64,000 nt of DNA, from positions 1 through 64,000 of the IMG/VR virus record IMGVR_UViG_3300050138_000621; one strand, 5' to 3'. Shown in pieces: positions 1-7,496 of this stretch (the stretch's first letter is position 1; every line of letters starts with the position of its first letter). The notes below the pieces were generated by a model. It saw only the letters and a list, made by a program, of their open reading frames with translations. It did not search any database and was not told where the DNA came from. The translations under genes were made by a program, and so were the position numbers. Source of the stretch: a virus.

Positions 1-394
1 CCTCGGCCTTGGTGCCATCGAAGGTCGCGACGATGTTCGCGACCAGCGTGGTGCGGCGAAGCTCCGAGTAGTACGACATCGGAACGGTTGCTCGGATGTA
101 GTCCGAGACCTCTTCCTGGCCGACCTGACCCTCCGTGCGCGCCGAACCACCGAGGATGCCGTGGCTGAGCACGCGGTTGAACTGCACGAGGTTGCTCTTG
201 TACGGCTTGCAGTCCATCTCCTTCTGCAAGGAGATCTGCTCGTTGCCGACGGTCACGCTGTGCATGATGTCGTCCAGCTCTTCACGCTGCAGGGCGCCGC
301 CCTGGGTGAGAGTGCTGGGGGCCGTGTCGTAGTTGCCGGCTTCCAGTTGAAGCGCCTTCTTGAGCTGCGCGATGATGTCCATGTTCGTTCCCAT
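1..394 (-). CDS. major capsid protein (HK97-fold type), N-terminal ~131 codons; CDS continues past window start
   Basis: Not in the ORF track because no stop lies in-window. Manual translation from ATG 394 gives MGTNMDIIAQLKKALQLEAGNYDTAPSTLTQGGALQREELDDIMHSV... GGAG lies 6 nt upstream. The GGaLxxEEL-type segment is typical of the start of the capsid domain. Sits directly downstream of the scaffold-like gene. Confidence 0.55.
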   Translation of the reverse strand, partial: MGTNMDIIAQLKKALQLEAGNYDTAPSTLTQGGALQREELDDIMHSVTVGNEQISLQKEMDCKPYKSNLVQFNRVLSHGILGGSARTEGQVGQEEVSDYIRATVPMSYYSELRRTTLVANIVATFDGTKAE

Positions 395-445
395 TTTTGT
401 CTCCGATGTGTCCTGTAAGAGTTTGCGAAATCTGAAACCTGTGAA

Positions 446-1393
446 TTAGGCGACGAGAAGGTCCTTCACCGACTCGACGTCCTCGTACTTCCCGCTGATG
501 AAGTCGTGCATCCGAGCCCGATCGTTGGCCGAGAGGGGTTTCTCGACCGTCTTTCGAACAAGAACCTTCATCTCGCTCTTGCTCAACGAAGCGAAGTCGA
601 CCGTGGCAGCGCCGAGGGCGGCGCCAGTGGCACGACGAACTTCGGAGAGCGAAGCTGCCGACTTGCGGATTGGCCGCTCGGCGTGCTTTTTGAGCGCCGC
701 AGAGATGTCGATCAGCTCGGCGATGACCGCAGTCTGATCGGTGACCTGTTTCTTCAGGTCCTCGATCAGCTTCTCGGATTTCTTGATCTCCGAGACCGAT
801 CCGTTGGGATCCGCCGGCATTTCCGCCTTGAGGGTCGGGTCCGCCATCGGAGGAACCGCCGGAGGAGCTGCAGAAGGGGCCATCGGAGGCGCCGCGGGAG
901 GAGCTACCGCTGCGGGGGGCGCCGCGATCGGAGCCTCCGGAGCAGGAGCCGCCGCCGGCATCGCCGCCATCATCGCGGCCCTGATCGCCAGGTAATGCAC
1001 CTGCAGCTCTTCGAGCGGCAGAGTGCTGTACGCGGCTTGCAGAGCCTCCGGGCTGTCGATGTCGCCATCGGCGGCCGGATCGATGAGGCCATCGTCCACC
1101 GGAGGACCGTCCACCGGGGCTTCCGGAGCGGGCGGTTCGTCGGTGGGCGCGTCCGCCGGCTTGTCGTCGGCGGGCGGAGCGTCGTCCTTGGGGGGCGGCG
1201 CAGTGGCCTTGTCGTCGGAGGCTTCCTTGGTGGCCGAGTCGTCCTTGGGGACTTCGTCCGTCGTCGACTCTCCGGGGATCGCCTTCGACAGCTTCTCGGC
1301 GGCCCTCAGGACCTCCGCTTTCACAACGGGTTCGAGCTGGGTGCTGACCTCTCGGAGGATCGCGTCAAGCTCTTTGAGTGGGATCTTTTTCAT
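446..1393 (-). CDS. putative scaffolding protein (helical ends, long Pro/Ala/Asp-rich centre)
   Basis: 315-aa ORF immediately upstream of the capsid gene. Low-complexity acidic Pro/Ala core flanked by helical segments. GGAG-type RBS (caggagaccagccaATG). Confidence 0.45.
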   Translation of the reverse strand: MKKIPLKELDAILREVSTQLEPVVKAEVLRAAEKLSKAIPGESTTDEVPKDDSATKEASDDKATAPPPKDDAPPADDKPADAPTDEPPAPEAPVDGPPVDDGLIDPAADGDIDSPEALQAAYSTLPLEELQVHYLAIRAAMMAAMPAAAPAPEAPIAAPPAAVAPPAAPPMAPSAAPPAVPPMADPTLKAEMPADPNGSVSEIKKSEKLIEDLKKQVTDQTAVIAELIDISAALKKHAERPIRKSAASLSEVRRATGAALGAATVDFASLSKSEMKVLVRKTVEKPLSANDRARMHDFISGKYEDVESVKDLLVA

Positions 1394-1435
1394 TGGCTGG
1401 TCTCCTGTGTGCGGCCTTTGGGTTTCGGGGCCGAC

Positions 1436-1891
1436 TTATTGCGAGGAGCGGGCGCCGTTGTAGAGGTTCGGGTAGACGGAGGCGACCGGGTTGCCGGTGA
1501 TGCCGGCGACGGCGGGGGCGCTGCCGTTGGCGACCTGGTACCAGTCCAGGCGAGTCCCGAAGGTGTTCAGAACCATCAGGAGCGACGCCAGCTCGACGGG
1601 GGTGAGGTACCCGACCGTGTGGGCCAGGGTCGAGTCGACCGACTCGGTCACCAGTTGGCAGACCGTCGGGGTGGGCACGTCGGCCGCCTGGCCGATCGCA
1701 TTCAGGGCCGGACCGGCGCTGGCTGCGATGAAGCGGATGAACGCGCTCTTGCTGCCCGCGGTGCCGGCGCCACAGGAGATCGTGGTGTTGCCGTTGGCGT
1801 CGTTGCCGACGGTGACGGGAGTCATGGTCGCGAGGCGCTTCGCCAGCTCGTCGCCGACCCGCTGCCCGACTGCATATGCTTTGTAGCTCAT
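1436..1891 (-). CDS. hypothetical head-module protein (possible decoration or minor capsid protein)
   Basis: ORF 1436..1924. The internal ATG at 1891 (MSYKAYAVGQRV...) is preferred, but 1924 is possible. Position between the protease fusion and scaffold genes. Confidence 0.55.
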   Translation of the reverse strand: MSYKAYAVGQRVGDELAKRLATMTPVTVGNDANGNTTISCGAGTAGSKSAFIRFIAASAGPALNAIGQAADVPTPTVCQLVTESVDSTLAHTVGYLTPVELASLLMVLNTFGTRLDWYQVANGSAPAVAGITGNPVASVYPNLYNGARSSQ

Positions 1892-2031
1892 TTGAAATTC
1901 TTTCTCGCCCCTTGCCGGGGACATTCAGAGTTGTGGGCCTCTTGCCCGTTGGGGCGTTGAGGCCAATTCGCTTGTACATAGATGGTTGACGTTCTTGCGC
2001 GGCAAAAAAACCGGTGACAATCATCCTTTGC

Positions 2032-2391
2032 ATGAAAGAGACCTATCGCTGTTCGCAATGCAGGTTCCCCAAGGACCGATCCGAGTTCCACGAGGAGTTG
2101 CGGCCCGACCGGAAGCGGCCCGTTTCTTCCAAATGCAGCGATTGCCGCTCGGACAACTATCACGCGACCAAATACGACCAGAAGTGCATGGCCTGCCTGA
2201 AACCTCGTGCCCTGGACTCAAACGGGATCTGCAATCGCTGCAACGATGCCGCCGGCAAGCGCCAATGCAGGCTTTGCAATGAAATGCGGCTTCGTTACTT
2301 CGACTTCTACGAGCGGCGGCGCGTCTGCCGCCACTGCATGGCCGCGAGGCGGACGAAAATTACGCCGCCTTCGGCTGCTTTGGCGTCGTAG
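2032..2391 (+). CDS. Cys-rich multi-CxxC zinc-ribbon protein (opposite-strand insert in head module)
   Basis: ORF 2014..2391. ATG 2032 gives MKETYRCSQCRF...CSDCRS...CMAC...CNRC...CRLC...CRHC. CAATCAT lies 7 nt upstream of the ATG. Confidence 0.55.
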   Translation: MKETYRCSQCRFPKDRSEFHEELRPDRKRPVSSKCSDCRSDNYHATKYDQKCMACLKPRALDSNGICNRCNDAAGKRQCRLCNEMRLRYFDFYERRRVCRHCMAARRTKITPPSAALAS

Positions 2392-4783
2392 GCGGCTTTG
2401 GGGCCCCCGAGGCCGCCGTACTGGGCATCTTCGGCGGCGCCGGACTTGGGGACGCTTCCGGCTTCGGCATCTTCGGCTCGGGAGGAGCCGCGGCGGGGTT
2501 CGACGGAGGCTTGGGAGGCTCGGCGTTCGCTGCAAGCGCGTTCGTCTGGGCGCTGCGGAGGGGGATGGCGCCTTCGGAGCCCGGGACCAAGGAGTGGGCC
2601 ATGTTTGGTGTGGAGCCCACTGGAAAGACGCGGCGCCGATCGCGTTCAGAAATTGCCTCTTGGCCGGGGTGGTACTTCTGAGTCTTGGCCTGAAGAAGCG
2701 CTTGGTCGGCCTGCTGCGGGTTGACCCCAAATCCCATCCCCGTCGAGATCTTGTGGATCCCACCCATCGGCGGCAGCGCCTCCAGCTTCTCGTGGAGCTT
2801 GCGCGTGAACGCCATCGCGTGCTCGTTCGACGGAAAGTGGGCCGTCATCTCGTCGCCACCTACCCGGAACAACTTCCCAGTACCCGGCGCGGCTTCATCG
2901 GCCGCTTCTCGCAGCGTTCTGCCGTAGGTGCGGATCGCGTCGTCGCCCATGTCGTGGCTGTGATCGTTCAGGGACTTGAGGTCGTTCAAGTCCATGCCCA
3001 CGTACACGCCCGGCTTGTTCTTGGAGCGAAACTCCTCCCACGCCTTCCTGTTGCCCAGGCCGGGGACCATCGGATCACCGTAAACGTGCTGGGTCATTCC
3101 CTCGGAGGTTCCGGCGGGGATGTGGCCGGCCGCCTCGGCGGCGCGTATGTGGGCGAGGAGGTCCTGGGCGTGGGGGGTGGACGCGGGATTGAGAGGGGTT
3201 GTGCCGGCGTCCGGGGAGGCCGTCTTGAGGCCAGGCGGTTGCCGCATTCCCTTCATGAGATCGCCGAACTGCTCCTCCATCTTGGCGATGGTCCCGGCCA
3301 GGTCCGGCGCCTTGTAGCGCAAGGTCGCGGCGCCGCTGCTGACGTTGGCCAGGATGGCCGCGGCCTCCTCGGGCGTGATGAGCTTGGCGTCCAGCAAGAC
3401 GTTGCCGTCGTGGAATTCGACGGTATGGGGCTCGTCGAAGCCAACGCGGTGGTAGTCGAACACCGGCGCGCGCACGGGGGCCGGCGGCGGGGGCGGCGCA
3501 TCGGGCTGCGGCTGCACTTCGTTGCCCTGGGGCTCGGGCGGCACGTACGGAGTCTCTTTGACGTCCAGCTCCGGGCTCTGCTGCATCGCCTGGATCATGT
3601 TGATCGTCGAGCTGGTCAGCGGGCCCTCGGGGATCGCCTTGGCGATCAGGCCGAAGTAGTCCTCCAAAATATGAACTGTATCGCCGATCAGCATGAACCG
3701 GCCGGCGAGGCGCGGTTCTCCGTTGATCTTCATGCTGACCGAATAAATGGTCGGCTTCCGAGGGTCGCCAAAGAGGATGGACGACCGCAAGTCGGTGAGG
3801 CTCTTGCGGAGCTGGATGCCCCACGAGTCCAGCAGGACCATCGGGTCGGTCTTCTTCACCTGCGAGCGGCCGACGCGGACGTCGTCGACGATCTTCTCGA
3901 AGTGGGCCAGGTACTCGTCGCTGGCCTCGGGCATCTCGGAGCGCATGAAATCCCGCAGCTCGCCCTTGTCGAAGGTCACGGCCTTCTCCAGGTACCGGCG
4001 GAGGGCGTCGACCGTCGTCGATACCATCTTTTTCTTCTTGGAGCCGTCGAGCGACTCCCGCTGCAGGGCCGCGCCGCCGGTCAGGGTGCTCGGCGCCGCG
4101 TCGTAGCTGCCGGCGGTGAGGGTTTTGGCGATCGGGTCCTCGACGATCGGGTTGTACACCCAGCCCAGCGCGCCACCGAGCTTTCGGGCGCGGGCCTCTT
4201 CCGGCAGCTCGCTCTTGAAGGCGGCTTCGAGGAGGCTGGACGTCTTCTTTTCGTTCGGGGTCTTGTCGAAACCGGCCGGGGCCTGCGGGTCCTCCAGCAG
4301 AATCGTGTCGCAGACCTTGTTGCAAGGGGTCCAAGTGGCCGCCAGCGCGATGGCCATGCTCTCTTTGAGGATGTTGCCTTCCCGGGACAGTGTGCTGCCC
4401 TCGATCGACCAGCGGACCAGCACCTTTTCGTCGTTCGCGACCTGATCACGGATGGAAGCCGCCAGGGCCATGGCCCCCGAGTGGCCGGCGCCGTCGAAAA
4501 GGCGGACGTGGCCAAAAACCAGGGGCTGGCGGACGCTCAACCAAGCCCGATGCTCCATGTCTGAGGTGCAATCCTTGGCCGAGAAGATCTTTTTTGCGTC
4601 CAGAACGACGCCGACCTTCTCCTCCCCGTTTGAGTCCTTAGCGTCCTTGTGCTCGTAATTCACGCTGGCAGTCCCGTCCTGAAAGGACGAGATGTCCAAG
4701 CCGTCGATCATCAGGCGCTCGCCGCTGCTGTCGATCGTCTCCGCGGCGAAGATGCCCGCCAAGATCATTCCAGTAGACGCCAT
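2360..4783 (-). CDS. prohead-protease-like N-terminal domain fused to a long linker and a GGDEF (diguanylate-cyclase-type) domain, with a Pro-rich tail
   Basis: 807-aa ORF. The N-terminus (AETIDSSGERL...VNYEHKD...WSIEGS) resembles the caudoviral prohead serine protease. Residues ~570-705 carry ordered GGDEF landmarks (PGLGNRKAW, MDLNDLKSLNDHSHDMGDD, RVGGDEM, STGMGFG, ADQALLQAK). Confidence 0.75.
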   Translation of the reverse strand: MASTGMILAGIFAAETIDSSGERLMIDGLDISSFQDGTASVNYEHKDAKDSNGEEKVGVVLDAKKIFSAKDCTSDMEHRAWLSVRQPLVFGHVRLFDGAGHSGAMALAASIRDQVANDEKVLVRWSIEGSTLSREGNILKESMAIALAATWTPCNKVCDTILLEDPQAPAGFDKTPNEKKTSSLLEAAFKSELPEEARARKLGGALGWVYNPIVEDPIAKTLTAGSYDAAPSTLTGGAALQRESLDGSKKKKMVSTTVDALRRYLEKAVTFDKGELRDFMRSEMPEASDEYLAHFEKIVDDVRVGRSQVKKTDPMVLLDSWGIQLRKSLTDLRSSILFGDPRKPTIYSVSMKINGEPRLAGRFMLIGDTVHILEDYFGLIAKAIPEGPLTSSTINMIQAMQQSPELDVKETPYVPPEPQGNEVQPQPDAPPPPPAPVRAPVFDYHRVGFDEPHTVEFHDGNVLLDAKLITPEEAAAILANVSSGAATLRYKAPDLAGTIAKMEEQFGDLMKGMRQPPGLKTASPDAGTTPLNPASTPHAQDLLAHIRAAEAAGHIPAGTSEGMTQHVYGDPMVPGLGNRKAWEEFRSKNKPGVYVGMDLNDLKSLNDHSHDMGDDAIRTYGRTLREAADEAAPGTGKLFRVGGDEMTAHFPSNEHAMAFTRKLHEKLEALPPMGGIHKISTGMGFGVNPQQADQALLQAKTQKYHPGQEAISERDRRRVFPVGSTPNMAHSLVPGSEGAIPLRSAQTNALAANAEPPKPPSNPAAAPPEPKMPKPEASPSPAPPKMPSTAASGAPKPPTTPKQPKAA

Positions 4784-4804
4784 GAGTCAATGATTGCCGT
4801 CGCA

Positions 4805-4824
4805 TTTTGGTGTTGACACCAAAA
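4805..4824. promoter_or_regulatory. perfect 8-bp inverted repeat TTTTGGTG-TTGA-CACCAAAA overlapping the -35 box (operator candidate)
   Basis: Read directly from the sequence. Lies in the 65-nt divergent region between starts 4783(-) and 4849(+). Confidence 0.45.
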
Positions 4825-4841
4825 CCGGGGTTCGCTATAAA
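4813..4841 (+). promoter_or_regulatory. sigma-70-type promoter TTGACA-17 nt-TATAAA driving the 4849..6250 insert
   Basis: TTGACA at 4813-4818 and TATAAA at 4836-4841. ATG 4849 lies 7 nt after the -10 box. The -10 region is a variant (GGTTCGCTATAA, 4829-4840) of the 12-mer. Confidence 0.5.
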
Positions 4842-4848
4842 AGAGGAC

Positions 4849-5550
4849 ATGGACAAGGACGTCAAAGTCGACACCCACCCCTCGTACGGCCAGGCGGTGT
4901 TCCACCGGGTGACCGGGAGCGTCGGGAAGCTCTACGGGAGCCCCCTCGCCGACCACCACTCGGTCATCCGGCTGACGATCAGCCGGTCGGAGATGAACCA
5001 CGATCTCGGCCGCGACTGGCGGTTCGGGCGCGACCAGCTCATCGAGGTCACGTTCTCCGCGGCACAATTCGCGGACCTCCTCACGAACATGAACGTGTCG
5101 GAGGGCGCCCCCTGCACCATCGACTTCATCCAGGGTGAGGGGAACATCGAGCCGCCGCCCGCAGACCAGGAGGTCGAGCACGAGAAGGTGACCAAGGCCT
5201 TCGAGGGTCAGGTCGCGGGGACGGCCAACCGGCTCCGGGAGAACCTGATCCAGCTCGGCGCCCTGCTGGAGAAGAAGGCCCTCAACAAAGAGGACAAGGG
5301 CAAGATCTACTGGATGGTCGAGAAGGCCCTCCAGGACGTCGAGTCGAACGCCCCCTTCATGGTGGAGCAGTTCGGCGAGGCCACCGAGAAGCTCGTGACC
5401 GCGGCGCGCGCCGAAGTGGCGGCCTCCACCGTCGCCATCGTCCAGAAGCTCGGGTTCGAGAAGCTGGAGGACATGCGCCAGGTGGCCGCGGCGCCCGAGC
5501 GGCGGTCCCACTTCGAGTACCTCGACGCGCCGAAGGGGGCGGGCAAGTGA
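4849..5550 (+). CDS. hypothetical protein (first gene of opposite-strand three-gene insert)
   Basis: ORF 4807..5550. ATG 4849 (MDKDVKVDTHPSYG...) lies 7 nt after a TATAAA -10 box. Confidence 0.65.
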   Translation: MDKDVKVDTHPSYGQAVFHRVTGSVGKLYGSPLADHHSVIRLTISRSEMNHDLGRDWRFGRDQLIEVTFSAAQFADLLTNMNVSEGAPCTIDFIQGEGNIEPPPADQEVEHEKVTKAFEGQVAGTANRLRENLIQLGALLEKKALNKEDKGKIYWMVEKALQDVESNAPFMVEQFGEATEKLVTAARAEVAASTVAIVQKLGFEKLEDMRQVAAAPERRSHFEYLDAPKGAGK

Positions 5551-5900
5551 AGCCGATCTTCCTCACCCTTGCGCTCCTGGCTGCAGTATCAGGCTGCCAC
5601 TCGAACAAGCTCCGCCCGGAGTGCTGGAAGAGCAAGAATGAGCGTCCGGCGAACTGCGAACCAAGCTGGTGCGGAGAGGGTGGAGAGTGCCCGGACGAAT
5701 GGGCGTTCCAGTGGATCGGTGGCTACGACAAGTGTCTGGAGCAATGGACCGACGAAGAGGTTCTTCACAACGAACTTCTCAAAGGCGAAACCACGGCCAA
5801 ACAGCACTGCTACAACTGGTACCTCAGGGCCCATCAAGGGGTCACCAAGGATCAGATGGAGCGGTATCGCCTGCTGAACCCAGCCAGGAGCGCACGCTGA
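5547..5900 (+). CDS. lipoprotein (signal peptide plus lipobox LAAVSGC)
   Basis: MKPIFLTLALLAAVSGCHSNK... is a classical lipoprotein signal. Start overlaps the upstream stop. Confidence 0.7.
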   Translation: MKPIFLTLALLAAVSGCHSNKLRPECWKSKNERPANCEPSWCGEGGECPDEWAFQWIGGYDKCLEQWTDEEVLHNELLKGETTAKQHCYNWYLRAHQGVTKDQMERYRLLNPARSAR

Positions 5901-6250
5901 TGGCCCGGCGTCAGTTTTGCGACGGACCCCACGCCTGGAGGGAGCACCAGCACCGCGGCAAAGTCGAGCTGCAGTGCTTAAAGTGTCCGGCCACCTTTCC
6001 TTGCCGAGATTCCTGCGCACACACCGACTGCGAGGACTACACCGGCCGCACCGCCGTCTGCCCGGTCTGCAAGAAGGAGGTCCCCTTCGCCGACGGGTTC
6101 CACTTCACCCGCTACGGGAAGCTGATCCGGACGTGCGCGGAGACCTGCCGGGAGGCTTTCGAGGGCCAACAGCACGACGAGACCTCGGAAGAGGCGCCCG
6201 AGCCCGAAACACGAGAGGAAGCTGCGGCACCTTCGGGCAGTTCAGCGTAG
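5900..6250 (+). CDS. Cys/His-rich zinc-binding protein
   Basis: In-frame ATG 5900 within ORF 5669..6250, overlapping the upstream TGA (ATGA). MARRQFCDGPHAWREHQHRGKVELQCLKCP...CPVCKK... Confidence 0.55.
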   Translation: MARRQFCDGPHAWREHQHRGKVELQCLKCPATFPCRDSCAHTDCEDYTGRTAVCPVCKKEVPFADGFHFTRYGKLIRTCAETCREAFEGQQHDETSEEAPEPETREEAAAPSGSSA

Positions 6251-6277
6251 AGGCGGTCGAAGAGCATCCAAGGCCGA

Positions 6278-6679
6278 CTATGGGATCGCGCTCCTGGCCG
6301 GCGGCCGACGGAACCGCGACAGAAGGTTGTTGAGGAACCCCACGCCACCGGCGCGCTTGTCGACGGCGAGCTGTTGTTGGGGGCCATTCGGGGTCACGGG
6401 GGGCCGGTGAGGCCGCTGCGAGGCGCGGTTATTGAAGAACCCCACGCCACCGTGGCGCTTGTCGTCGGCGAGGTGCCGGTGGGCCGTGGCCTCGGCCGTG
6501 GCAGCGGCGGAGGCCGGGACCTCCAAGCGGTCGGCCTCAGCGGCGATCTGCTCGCCGACGATCTTGACGTCGTTCACCGCCGCTAACTCTTCTGCGCTCC
6601 TCACATTCAGCTTGAGGTAGCTGGAATCGCCGATGAGCGAAAAGGCCCAATTTCTCATCCGATGGAATAATGGTCGCAT
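6278..6679 (-). CDS. hypothetical protein with an internal 13-aa duplication (DKRxGGVGFxNN)
   Basis: Internal ATG 6679 of ORF 6278..6970 (the upstream part overlaps the head-morphogenesis gene). Contains a 41-nt direct repeat at 6330..6370 and 6432..6472. Confidence 0.4.
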   Translation of the reverse strand: MRPLFHRMRNWAFSLIGDSSYLKLNVRSAEELAAVNDVKIVGEQIAAEADRLEVPASAAATAEATAHRHLADDKRHGGVGFFNNRASQRPHRPPVTPNGPQQQLAVDKRAGGVGFLNNLLSRFRRPPARSAIP

Positions 6680-6719
6680 GTCCCCAAAATGCTCATCGCT
6701 GGGGGTCTTGTCAAGGCCG

Positions 6720-7493
6720 TTACCCCCGCTGGGCCTTGTACTCGTCCCATCCGGGACTGATGTACGTGATCTTGCCGGCGCCATCGAAGCCGTAGCCGGG
6801 CAGCAACGTTGCGGGTCGGCACCTGCAGCTCGGATGGAGCCCGCACATGCTCGGGGCCTCCTCACCTCGCTTGTGAAACCCCGCGTTGATCTCCGACAGC
6901 TTCCAGGCCCGGGGCGTGACCTTGTTGGGCAACAGGTGGAGGCGCGTGCACTCTTCGCAGGCGTGGCCATCGCGAACGATGATGAAGAACATCGTCGGGT
7001 CAGAGATCCCCGAGGCCGCGTTGACCCTCACGATCCCTTCGAGGGTACCAAGATTGCTGGCGGTCGTGGCTTGACTGTCGACGATCTTGTTGACCTCCGA
7101 CGTCACCTGACCCCAAACCCGCGACAACTCGCCTTCGAGAACCGTCTCCAGGTCTGTCTTGACCTTCTTCGAGTACGCGTTCCGGAGCCATGAGTCCACA
7201 GCTCCCACGACGCGGGCCTTCGCGCGCTCGCGCTCCGCGTCCAGATAGGCCTCGGTGATCCTAGCAAATCCGTCCAGAGCCGTGTCGTTCGCCGTGGTGC
7301 CCTCTTCGGCGGCGGCGCGCTGATAGAGGCCGGGTAGGCTGAAGTGCTCGCGGTGACCGAAGCCGATCGTCTTCGCCTCGCGAGACGAAAGGTAGTCCGG
7401 GCCCAGGACCCGGGACTTGATGCGGTTGAAAACGGTCTCGACCGCTCGGTGGATCGTACCTACCGACTGCCGCGACAGGGGAACGATCTTCAT
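6720..7493 (-). CDS. head morphogenesis protein (SPP1 gp7 / Mu F-like)
   Basis: C-terminal CEEC...W...GLHPSCRCRP signature of the family. Lies directly downstream of the portal gene. Confidence 0.65.
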   Translation of the reverse strand: MKIVPLSRQSVGTIHRAVETVFNRIKSRVLGPDYLSSREAKTIGFGHREHFSLPGLYQRAAAEEGTTANDTALDGFARITEAYLDAERERAKARVVGAVDSWLRNAYSKKVKTDLETVLEGELSRVWGQVTSEVNKIVDSQATTASNLGTLEGIVRVNAASGISDPTMFFIIVRDGHACEECTRLHLLPNKVTPRAWKLSEINAGFHKRGEEAPSMCGLHPSCRCRPATLLPGYGFDGAGKITYISPGWDEYKAQRG

Positions 7494-7496
7494 CGT

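Noticed and set aside
2207-4564. 785-aa plus-strand ORF antisense to the protease/GGDEF gene. Similar long antisense ORFs lie at 506..1960(+), 17021..18028(+), 19919..21211(+), 22693..23964(+), 34043..35584(-) and 40490..42211(-).
   Set aside because: Their translations are Arg/Gly/Ala/Leu-rich low-complexity strings with no motifs. They mirror well-supported genes on the other strand. These are typical GC-driven shadow ORFs.
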